NCBI GenBank assembly: GCA_000165345.1
Contig: CM000431.1
Location: forward strand, 384,001-448,000
DNA length: 64,000 nucleotides
Direction of reading: 5' to 3'
The notes under the pieces were generated by a model, which worked only from the letters and a program-made list of their open reading frames with translations, searched no databases and was not told the DNA's origin. Both the position numbers and the translations under genes were made by a program. Within the stretch, counting starts at the first letter, position 1; each line of letters begins with the position of its first letter. Positions 40,937-51,100 of this stretch are shown here, piece after piece.

Positions 40937-41069
40937 TTCCTAATATTTTATGTCTTTTTTTGGGAAAATATATAAGGGGTTAATTGTGCTATTGAATAAA
41001 AATTCTAAAAATAAATAAACTTCGTTAAAAGGGTTTGGCTTTGAAATATAAAGGAAAATTGATTTAGAT

Positions 41070-43523
41070 ATGCATAAAAGTAAGTCTTTGGATAATTATC
41101 AAGAATGGGATAATAAATTGGCAGAGGAATATGAATATTCTCCATTAATTATTACAGAAAAAATAAGTGAATATACAATGCCAAGTGAAATTTTGCTCTA
41201 TAATCCAACAGAAGATGATATATTTACCAAATTTCATGCGGGATCTTCAAATGAGTTCAAAATTCGTCAAATATTTCTACATGTTGATTTACTTGAACAA
41301 GAAGAAGAAATGTTGATTGAATTTGATAACTTTTTAACTAAAAATTGTATAAAGTTACCAGAATTTATTAAACCTTTAATTTTAAGAGTTTTAATGTTTA
41401 ATAAAAGACGTCATCCTAACACTTATATACAAAGATCAATGAATCATTTAATTAGTATGTTTAAATGGAGGGTTTCAACTTATCCATTAAGTGATATGGA
41501 AAGTAATTTAAGAGAAGATTTAGAATCTGGAATCATATATTGGCATGGGAGAGATTATTGTTTAAGACCAATCTTAACAATAAGATTATCAAAAGTTAAT
41601 AAACATTTTCCATTAGAAAGATTTATTAGATTAATAGTATTTTGTATGGAATGGGGAATGAGATATTTAATGTGCCCTGGTAAAGTTGAAACATGTTTGG
41701 CTCTTATTGATATGAAAGGAGTGAGCTTGACCTCTTTTCCAATTTCCACAATGAGTGAAATTTCATCATTATTAACAAATCAATATTCTTTCAGACTTTA
41801 TAGAATGTTTATACTACATGATTCACTTTTCATTCAAACTGTTTGGAGTTTAATGAAGCAATTTCTTACAGATTTACAACAGCACAAAATTGTATTAAGC
41901 AGAAATGAGATAAAAACTCAGTTATTCAAAACTGTCCATCCAAATCAAGTTGAAGAACATTTTGGTGGATTACAAAAGAATAAAACTTTTCCATTTTATC
42001 CCTTTATTTTTCCATCTGGACCTTTTTCTGATCCAAAATTACATCCAAATAATGGTTTTACACGTGTTGTTAATCAATGTAATATTGAACAAATGGATAA
42101 TTTTTCCAAAGTTACTAATTGCCATCTCTTATTTAATAAATTTAATGTTCTTGGTAAGCTATATTACAATGGTAACAAACATAATAAAATTCTTTGGGAT
42201 GAAAAAGGACTTGAAGAGCTTAATGATACAATTTCATCTTTTTTAAATATTAATTTAGATGATGATAAAAATTCATTCAGCTTTGATAAAAACTCTAATC
42301 ATTTAAATAGTAATATTAAATCAGCTAATAATCATGATCATTATTATAATAATAATCATAATTATTATGTGGGTAATAATAACAATAATAACAATAATAA
42401 TAATAACAATCATCATCATCATCATCATCAACATCGTCATCAACATCATCATGACAATAATAATAATCTTCTTCATAACAGTAATAATGATTTTTCAATC
42501 AATGAAATATTAAACTCAGATAAGAAAAATAATGATGATATTGAACAGATAGAAAAGTTGGAATTAAAGAGTTATTTAATGGAGCATACAGATAATATGA
42601 AATTAGATAATTTGTCAATACCAAATCAAAAGATACAATCTACTAATAATGAGGATAGAGATTTATCAGCTGAAATTAATATTGGTATAATCAATACAAT
42701 TAATATGAATACAGATATTGCTAATATTGGTGATATGAGCCAACATTTTATAAGAGAATATTCAGTCTTATCAGAATCTCCAAATTTAGCAGAAAATATT
42801 GCAATGATTATTGAAGATTCTCAGAGTTTCTTTTCTGCTTCTTCAAGTTTGTATATTAATGAAGATAATGATGAAAATCCATGTGTTGAAGATTTTCATC
42901 ATAATTTAATAATTGATAATCCTTGTTGTGATCATAATGTATTTCAATCTTTTGGAGTTTTACCAATAGCTATGGAAAGCTTTAAAAATTCAGGAAAAAA
43001 ATCAAAAAGTTGTTTAAAGTCTTCAAATTATTGTAAAAATTCGAATATTGTTAATGAAGAAAATAATAAATCCAATTTAATTAACACATATAATCCAAAA
43101 ACTTCAAATAATGCAATACTGAATAATTTTATTGAAGAAAATGGAATAATAAATAATAAAGAACTTTCGAATCAAACAAAAAGTTTGAAGGATGTTAATA
43201 AAAAAAATAATAATAATATTAATGACAATAGTTCATATATTATAAGTAATGACATATTACGAGATTATGACCAAATTGTACCAAAGAGGTCAAATTTGAG
43301 TTTATCTTCACCAATTATTGATATCAATCCTCCTGTTTCAGCTTTAAATACTTCATCTTCTCGTATAAGTTCAATGGAAAATACTAAATTGAATGATTCT
43401 TTTAGTTATATAGGTAAATCTCATGAGAGCCAGAAAATTTCAAGAAAGAGCAAAATTAAATCAAAGATTTCTAGAGTAATTAATAAAATAAAAAATAGAA
43501 CTTCTATTATTGAGAATGAATAA
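41070..43523 (+). CDS. CRAL-TRIO (Sec14-like) lipid-binding domain protein with a long Asn/His-rich low-complexity C-terminal half.
   Basis: Residues about 60-290 (IYWHGRDYCLRPILTIRLSKVN...LIDMKGVSLTSF...) fit the Sec14 fold pattern. An AAT/CAT-coded poly-N/poly-H tract lies at 42374-42470. Confidence 0.6.
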   Translation: MHKSKSLDNYQEWDNKLAEEYEYSPLIITEKISEYTMPSEILLYNPTEDDIFTKFHAGSSNEFKIRQIFLHVDLLEQEEEMLIEFDNFLTKNCIKLPEFIKPLILRVLMFNKRRHPNTYIQRSMNHLISMFKWRVSTYPLSDMESNLREDLESGIIYWHGRDYCLRPILTIRLSKVNKHFPLERFIRLIVFCMEWGMRYLMCPGKVETCLALIDMKGVSLTSFPISTMSEISSLLTNQYSFRLYRMFILHDSLFIQTVWSLMKQFLTDLQQHKIVLSRNEIKTQLFKTVHPNQVEEHFGGLQKNKTFPFYPFIFPSGPFSDPKLHPNNGFTRVVNQCNIEQMDNFSKVTNCHLLFNKFNVLGKLYYNGNKHNKILWDEKGLEELNDTISSFLNINLDDDKNSFSFDKNSNHLNSNIKSANNHDHYYNNNHNYYVGNNNNNNNNNNNNHHHHHHQHRHQHHHDNNNNLLHNSNNDFSINEILNSDKKNNDDIEQIEKLELKSYLMEHTDNMKLDNLSIPNQKIQSTNNEDRDLSAEINIGIINTINMNTDIANIGDMSQHFIREYSVLSESPNLAENIAMIIEDSQSFFSASSSLYINEDNDENPCVEDFHHNLIIDNPCCDHNVFQSFGVLPIAMESFKNSGKKSKSCLKSSNYCKNSNIVNEENNKSNLINTYNPKTSNNAILNNFIEENGIINNKELSNQTKSLKDVNKKNNNNINDNSSYIISNDILRDYDQIVPKRSNLSLSSPIIDINPPVSALNTSSSRISSMENTKLNDSFSYIGKSHESQKISRKSKIKSKISRVINKIKNRTSIIENE
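42374..42470 (+). repeat. AAT/AAC then CAT/CAC coding repeat (poly-Asn then poly-His).
   Basis: NNNNNNNNNNNNHHHHHHQHRHQHHHDNNNN is encoded by simple triplet repeats. Confidence 0.7.
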
Positions 43524-43897
43524 GATTTAAAATATTATATATTGTTCAAATAGAAAATGTGTTTTATTATTTCTTCCTAAATGTTGAGATTTTTATTCAT
43601 CATAAATTTTCATTTTATTTCAAGATTCATATAATATTAAAGATTAATTAAAATTGTAAGGAAACACAATAAAGAAAGTAGATAAAATATTCTTTCGTTT
43701 TAATAGATTTCGACTAACTTTTTTCTTTTCCAATATTCAAATATAAATGATGTATTTCTAATGAAACTCTTGATTAACTAATACATTAATATTGTAAGCA
43801 CATATTTTACAAATAATATACCTAATAATTCAAAATTTGTATATTGTTTCATTTTTATCAATGGAAATAATTAAATCATAAAAAAACTATAAAAAAT

Positions 43898-43926
43898 TGT
43901 GGGCGGGGGATTGGGCGGGAAACTCG
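43898..43926. promoter_or_regulatory. GC-box/E2F-like cluster TGTGGGCGGGGGATTGGGCGGGAAACTCG.
   Basis: GGGCGGG twice, ending in GGCGGGAAAC, about 390 nt upstream of the DIX-like gene. Confidence 0.5.
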
Positions 43927-44088
43927 TTTATATTTAATTATTTTAATGGCTAATATAATTAATTATTAGTAAATATAAAGCGTGGGAATAAAGCGAATTA
44001 AATAAAGGTGAATGAATAAAATAAGAGTTAAATTTAGAACATTTTCAGTGAGTGAGCGAGTGCAAAAAAGAAGGAAATAAAGAAAGGA

Positions 44089-44180
44089 ATATATATATAT
44101 ATATATAATATATATGTATGTGTAGAAATATATCATATATTATGCATATATATTTATATTATATATATTATATATCTCTA
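44089..44180. repeat. TA-rich microsatellite-like tract; (AT)9 then degenerate TA/TATG repeats.
   Basis: ATATATATATATATATATA ATATATATGTATGTG ... ATATATATTTATATTATATATATTATATAT. Confidence 0.6.
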
Positions 44181-44307
44181 TGTAAAGAGAAATTGAACGT
44201 AAGAAAATAGAAATACAAGTGCCAAGAATAAATTTCAGGCCATTGTCTATATGAATTCTTAAGAACAAGTTAGTATTTTTTTCTTTTTAGCAAAAACTAA
44301 AGCAAGG

Positions 44308-44904
44308 ATGATTTCGAATGAAGGTTTGATCACAGTATACTATTTCATACCGTCAGATGGCGATAAAGAGAATAATCCTAATACATTTAAAGTGAAAGGA
44401 ACTCATTCAACTCTTACAACAAAACAAATAAAAGATTCATTTCCATTACCTGGAATTTATTACTTTAGATTTAAAGTACGTGTTGGGAATACTTACGCAT
44501 GGATGGATCCTTTAAATGATGATGATATTGTGCCACTATACGATGATGCAATTATAGCAAAGGTTTTGAGAATCAACTGGGACTACAAAAATAAATTTAC
44601 CCAGAGATTAAATAACAAACAAGACGCTTATTCAATTTCATCAGGTGTAATTCCTTCTCCCAACTCTTTGAATCAAGCATTTTATCAATCACAACCACCT
44701 TCACAGGCTTCCCAACCCCACCATCCATCTTCACCTCCTCCTCCTCCCCCACCTCCACCGCCACCACCACCACCGCCTCCAGTTTTGAGGCATTCAGTGA
44801 CGGCTTCAGCTACAATTCCATCATCATCAAACTCAAATAATATTGACTTAATTGACTTAAACTGTGAACATTCTAAATGGAATTCAAATTCTGGATACAT
44901 TTAA
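44308..44904 (+). CDS. Hypothetical protein with an N-terminal DIX-like (ubiquitin-fold) domain followed by a 16-residue poly-proline tract.
   Basis: ITVYYFIPSDGD...GIYYFRFKVRVGNTYAWMDPLNDDDIVPLYDDAIIAKVL aligns loosely to the Dishevelled/Axin DIX domain (KVIYHLDEEETPY...[39 protein letters not shown]). A (CCN)16 poly-Pro run lies at 44734-44782. Confidence 0.45.
   Translation: MISNEGLITVYYFIPSDGDKENNPNTFKVKGTHSTLTTKQIKDSFPLPGIYYFRFKVRVGNTYAWMDPLNDDDIVPLYDDAIIAKVLRINWDYKNKFTQRLNNKQDAYSISSGVIPSPNSLNQAFYQSQPPSQASQPHHPSSPPPPPPPPPPPPPPPPVLRHSVTASATIPSSSNSNNIDLIDLNCEHSKWNSNSGYI
44734..44782 (+). repeat. CCN trinucleotide repeat (Pro16).
   Basis: CCTCCTCCTCCCCCACCTCCACCGCCACCACCACCACCGCCTCCA. Confidence 0.8.
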
Positions 44905-45593
44905 AGTTTAAATGCAAATTAAAGAGATTTTGATTAAGGGTTTTTTTTTTCTTTCTAAATCTAAATATACATAAGTAATTGAGAATACATAATTAAACTA
45001 TAATAGAGATAATATTCGCTTATAATAGTACGGTTTATAAAGATTTTCAAAGTCTTTATTTCCTTTAATTTGGAATTTTGAAAATTTTACCTTCAAAAAT
45101 ATAATTTTTTTAAAATAATTTTTGTAAGATATGCCATTTGGTAATAATGCATGCAAAAAACTTTGTTCTAATACCGGCGACACGTAATTATTTTATACCA
45201 TAATTCTTTAAAATTTAATAATTGGCAATATTTTAAAAATTTGGAGATTTTCTAATTGTATGCTTTTGTTCTTGTTTGGTTTATTAGAAAATTCGATTAA
45301 CTTTTTTTCCTCGATTCTCTTCCTCTCACTTTCTCTTAAAATACTTTTGCTTCAAATGAATTTAAATTTTCTATATATTGATTATAAAAAAGTTGAAAAC
45401 GTTATCATATCTTAAAATCATTTCAAGAGTAAAAAAAAGTTGTATGTTGAAATATTATTAAAAGTGAATTTATCAAATAATTTAAGACAAATCAAAATTT
45501 ACAAATAATTCAAACTAATAATAAAGAATAAAATTATACATGTTCATTTTTTTCAATCAAAAATAATTTTGTCCATTGACAATTAATTACTTC

Positions 45594-45653
45594 TGCCACG
45601 TAATGTTTTTTAAAGCACTGCATGCATTTTAAACATCGAAATTACGTGGCAAG
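45594..45653. promoter_or_regulatory. Inverted repeat GCCACGTAAT ... ATTACGTGGC flanking a TGCATGCA box.
   Basis: The 10-nt arms sit at 45596-45605 and 45641-45650, with TGCATGCA at 45619-45626. A third CACGTAAT lies at 45179-45188 and another TGCATGCA at about 45150. Confidence 0.4.
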
Positions 45654-46127
45654 AATAGATACATTCTCAAATACAAAAAAACTGTAAACGAATAGCGAAC
45701 CAAAGAAACTATTATATATCAAAACAAATAATAGAAAAAGCACTTAGGAACTCTTTCTGTATTTAACTACACGCAAAAATAATGTGTGCAATCCGTCACT
45801 TGAACTTTATTTTAAGCAACTTTTAATAAAAGCCTATTGAATATTTATATGCGAACAAAAAAACTATTAGCAGATACGGTAAAATAATACAAATCACCGA
45901 ATAATTGAAATAATGGAATCCCTTGCATCTTTGAAAAATAAACAGTAAATTTCTCCGTCTATTAAACTGACGAAACACCAATAACAAAAATTTAATATAG
46001 AATTCAGATTATTGGTGAGCTTTTCACCGTATTCGGCTTGAATATATTGAAGAGCACTTCACCTCTGCTAAAGTCCTCATAATAATGTCCAATAGTCTGG
46101 AATAAAGAACGTTGCAACGTCAATTAA

Positions 46128-46616
46128 TTAGTATCCCTGAGATACGAGGTACTCGGCTAGTTGCAGAGCAACCTTCTTGCAATTACCTGATGATTGATCC
46201 TTGGATTCGTCGTAAACTGCAACAACAACAGTACCGTTTTGAGTATCAACTAAAAAACATCCACCTTGAGGTCTGTTACAAAATGTAACATGAACGGTAG
46301 CATCGTTTTGCTGGAAGTCCTTCTCTACACGGATAATCTTATATTTGTTTCCTCCGACCCAAACGCCGTTTGGTGCCTTACCTTCGGAGATTGCTTGGCA
46401 TAGTGTAGTTTGATCATTAATTAATTCAGCAGCCTCTGAAACTCCGTCAGATTGAATAACATTCTCTTCATGATCTTCTCTAACAAGAGTCTTCCAGGCA
46501 TCACCTTGATCAGCAGAAGCAGCATAGAATGCACCATCTATTGAACAAAGACCACCAGCACATACACTACCGGTGTCAATTAACCATTCTTTGACCATAT
46601 CATCCCATTCAGACAT
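46128..46616 (-). CDS. PRF: Profilin (apicomplexan type).
   Basis: MSEWDDMVKEWLIDTGSVCAGGLCSIDGAFYAASAD... carries the conserved profilin N-terminal W and the apicomplexan-specific acidic-loop/beta-hairpin insertion. The C-terminus ...VALQLAEYLVSQGY is also profilin-like. Confidence 0.9.
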   Translation of the reverse strand: MSEWDDMVKEWLIDTGSVCAGGLCSIDGAFYAASADQGDAWKTLVREDHEENVIQSDGVSEAAELINDQTTLCQAISEGKAPNGVWVGGNKYKIIRVEKDFQQNDATVHVTFCNRPQGGCFLVDTQNGTVVVAVYDESKDQSSGNCKKVALQLAEYLVSQGY

Positions 46617-48150
46617 CTTTAATTAATTAAGTAAAATATAAAAATAGCGGAGTAAAAGATAAAATAATATAAGTTCTGATTGAGCTAAAATAACTTTTAC
46701 AAAACTGTTTGAATTATGAAATTTTCCCTAATATTGCTTTTTTGACATGTATTTACTATGGATTTTACACGCATATACGCGTCCCAAAAAAAAAAACAAA
46801 TCAACGTCTTGTCTATACCGCCAGTAAAGTGTAAAATTGTAAAATAATTATAATTACGTTTAATGTGTATAGGTATATATAAAACGAGAAATTTTTTTTT
46901 TTTTTTTTACTGATGTATATCAAGTAATTTAAAAGGTGTAAAAGCTAGGAATAATTATTAAAACGTAAATTCAGATTTTCACTACGCATTGTATACACTA
47001 GAAAATTTTTTCAAGAATGAAAAGTGGCATTGATATATTAATTAAATTAGTAGGCAGATAAGCTACGGGTCAAAATATCCGACTTAATGTCAAAAATTAT
47101 TCATTTTTAGATTGCATTAGAGGACGTTATTATTACTAACGTTATAATAATTACAGGATATCTATTATGTAGGAAAGTATTTGTATCAACGTTATTATGA
47201 TATTACCCTCAACTTTTTCTATTTTATTATTTATTATCTCCGAATGATTTTGAAGTAGTAATTTATTTTAAAGAAAAATTAAATATATTGAATTATTGTA
47301 TGAGAAAAAATAGAACTTGATAAACTTGTTTAGAAAATTATTTGAATTTAGGAAATTGATTTAACATTTACTTGAATATTTTAAATATAAATTAATAAAT
47401 ACAATACAACTCAAAATTTAATTTGGCAAGTGATCGTAACAAGAAAGCTATTTAGAAATTAAAGGTAATTCATTAATCACTTGTTTTATATTATTTAATT
47501 AAAGAATTTAGCTTTTTATTTTCTCAATAATATATCAACTCATTAAAATTAGTCATTTTGCATGCAATGTATAGTACCGGCATGCGACAATATTTAATTA
47601 ATAATATTTCCACATGAATTTATCAAAATGCATGCATTTCCACATTAAATTTTTTCCGAGTATTAATAGTAGTGTATTTTAATGAATGACTTTAATTGAA
47701 AAAAAAAAAAAATTTGAAATAAATATCAAATTGCGATGAATAAAAGCAAATTATATGAATCAAGATAATAAGAAGAATGAAAGAAAATTAAATTCTAGGA
47801 TTTGATTAACTAACAATGAATAAATTTCTAAAGATTGATTAAAAAAAGTAAAAAAGATGAGTTTAATTAAATTGCATGCAAAAATAAGAAGCGCTGGAAT
47901 TAGAAATAATATGAATAATATGAAATATTGAGGAGCAAGAACATAGAAAAAAATATTAATCGGTTTACAAGTAAACGATATCTAGGGTTTAAGTTAAGGA
48001 ACAATTTTTTTTAAATTAATTACTAAAAAAATCCTTATTCCTCTGAAATTATAAGAAATACCAGGGTTCGAATGTAAGGAAAGTTATAAATAAGGTATTA
48101 AACAAGTTATATAATGACAATAAGATAGAAAGGAAAAGTAAGCAATTAAT

Positions 48151-51100
48151 ATGAGATCTAATAGGAATTATGGTCTTTATAAGTTTGCAATGGCATTAAA
48201 TAAAGCAGCAAGATCTTTTATGGGGGTTGTATTGAACTATGCAAAAAGGAAAAAACAAAGAAATGAAGAGACATCTCCATTTGCTATTAGATATAGAGCT
48301 TTCAGAGATTTAATAAATAATATCAATTCTGGGAGTTTAGATGGTGAGTTTTTCTCAATTTGGAGAGTAGATTGGGACTCAATTACCATTTGTGAGGAAA
48401 ATTTAAAACGTGGGAAATCGAGTACTTTATCATTTATGTTATTGAATACATACAAAAGCGATTTACCACCATTAGAAGTGGATATTAAATTATATTCTAT
48501 TGGTATTATTAGATTTGTTGTAAATGAAACTGATCAATTTATTAAGATGAATAGGTTTCAGCTACCATATAATGATATTATTAAAGATAAGTTATTGGAT
48601 GCTCATTATTTGATTAATACTAGAGATAAATTAAAAATAACTCAAGCAAAAGATGACAATTCTATTTCAATTGAGTTTGAAATAGTTGATTCTTTAATAA
48701 ATAATGATTTAGATACCGAATCTGAGAAAAGAATGAGAAAGAATTTAACTGAATTTGAAGAAAAGATTTCAAGGAAAGTATTCAAATTAGTATTAACATG
48801 TAATTACTTTAAAGTTGAAACTTTTATTGATAATCGTTTAATACATACCATTAATCCAAATGGAAACTTTAATTTTGAAAGAGTTAGACCTTTTATTTCT
48901 AAATCTCATCCAAATATTAAAAAGGAAGATCTGATGAAGATCGCAAATGCTAAGAAAATTTCACAAGATGATACAAGTGCGAGTAAAATCTTTGATTCTA
49001 TTGAAAAGAAGATTGGAATTACTAATTACTTTGAGGAAATACCCAGTTTACTCAAAGAAAGAAAGTATCAGAAGAAAGGTTGGGGAGTTTTTGAATCAAA
49101 ACTCAAAGAGTCTTGTGGAAATGAATATATTAATGGAGGAAATATTATGGAAATTATTGATTCATATGATGTTTATAGTAAGAACTCATGGTATGATATT
49201 TATGATCGATTTCCAGATTACAAGATTTATGGTCCAACTTGTATTGGAACAGATATTCGAGTTCATAATACAAGCAATATATATGGTGCATCTGAGCATT
49301 CTACGGAAGTTAATTTACCAGAATATTCAAGTTCATATAGATTTTATAATTTGGATGTATTTACCTACAAAAATGATAAACCTGATGCATTATATGGTTC
49401 TATTCCACTCGTATTGAGTGTTCATAATGATGAAAAGAACTCATTCATTTCTGGAATCTTATGGTTAAATCCTTCTGACACATTTATGGATATTAAAAGG
49501 AAATTTAATAAGATTGATACTTGGTGGGTATCTGAAACTGGTATAATGGATTTCATTCTTATGGTTTCTGATAATTTTGACTCTTTTTACTATAATTATC
49601 ATATGCTTACAGGTTTTCCTACTTTAACTCCAAGATTTGGTCTTGGAAAACATCAATCAAGGTGGTTTAATTGCAAAGATTCTGATGTACTTGAACTATC
49701 AACTACATTTGAAGAAAACAAAATTCCTTTAGATTCTATTTGGCTTGATATTGAGCACTTAAACAAAAGAAAGTGTTTTACTTGGAATATTGAAAATTTT
49801 AAGAATGTTCCAGAAATGCTTGGCGAGCTTGATATCAAGGGTAGAAATCTTATAGTTATTGCAGATCCCCATATTAGTATTGATGATAACTATCATGTTT
49901 ACAATAAACTACAGAATCAGCCATATTTATCTAATAATATCCTTGAAGATGACGAGAAGGTTATCCCTATTACAATAACTAAAACTGAACCAATATCTAA
50001 TCCTTGGATTAAAATTAGAAATCATCAAGAATGGGAAGATTTTGTCGGTGTTTGCTGGCCTGGAAAAGTTAAATACCCAGACTTTTTGAATCCAAAAGTT
50101 AGGGAAATATACTCTTCATTTTATACTAACAAGCACTATCCTATAATGAATTATTCAAACATTGGATTTTGGATTGACATGAATGAACCCTCTGTATTTT
50201 CATCATCTGAACTTACTCTGCCCAAACATTCATTTCATTATAATGATATAGAGCACAGACAAGTCCACAACTTATATGGTTATTATCATCTAAAATCAAC
50301 CTTTAATGGACTTTTAACATGTGCAGCACAGAGAATTATCTTCCTTGATAATATTTCAAATACAAATGAAATTGTTTCCTCTTTCCATGGAAGCCATTCA
50401 GCAATTGATAAAGCCTTAGCTAATGAAAATAAAAGATTAAATGATCGATTGAAACAAGATAAGTCAATTTTGAATCTTATTTCATCAGGAAGAAAGATTT
50501 TAAATCAGGATAATTTACTTGAATTGGGAAATGTTATAAAAAATATACAACGTCCATTCATATTAACAAGATCATTTTATATTGGTTCTCATTGCTATGG
50601 TTTTACTTGGACTGGAGATAATAAAGCTGATTATGATTCTTTTTCTTCAGTTATATCAATGAATGTTTCAAATTCAGTCTGTGGATTATCATATACTGGC
50701 TCAGATGTTGGAGGTTTTTATGGACATCCTTGTAAATGTTTGTTTATAAATTGGCATAAACTATCAATATGGATGCCATTTTACAGAGTTCATTCCCATA
50801 TTGACTCACCAAAAAGAGAGCCATGGGAGTTTGGAGGTGAAATACTCAAATATATTAGAAAACTAGTAGTAACAAGGTATGAACTACTTTCTTTTTGGTA
50901 CACAATATCTTCATTATACTCATTCCAAGGCAAGCCAATGTTAAAGCCACTAAATTGGCTCTTATTTGAATTCAAAAACCATGATTTAATTGGTAAAAAT
51001 GAATCAATTTTAAAGATTTGTGAATGCCAGTCTTTTCTATTAGGAGATACTTTTTTAATATATAGTACTCTACAAAACCAATGTACTTGTAAGAAAAACA

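Noticed and set aside
44685-44900. 71-aa minus-strand ORF with a poly-Gly run.
   Set aside because: It is the antisense of the CCN poly-Pro repeat inside the DIX-like gene.
46770-46790. ACGCATATACGCGT near-palindrome in the profilin/GH31 spacer.
   Set aside because: It is imperfect (one mismatch), isolated, and has no associated motif cluster. It is not distinguishable from chance in 1.5 kb.
48055-48080. tRNA-like T-arm string AGGGTTCGAATG.
   Set aside because: There is no complementary stem (it is followed by TAAGG, not CCCT) and no D- or anticodon-arm structure within 90 nt. I found no credible tRNA in the window.
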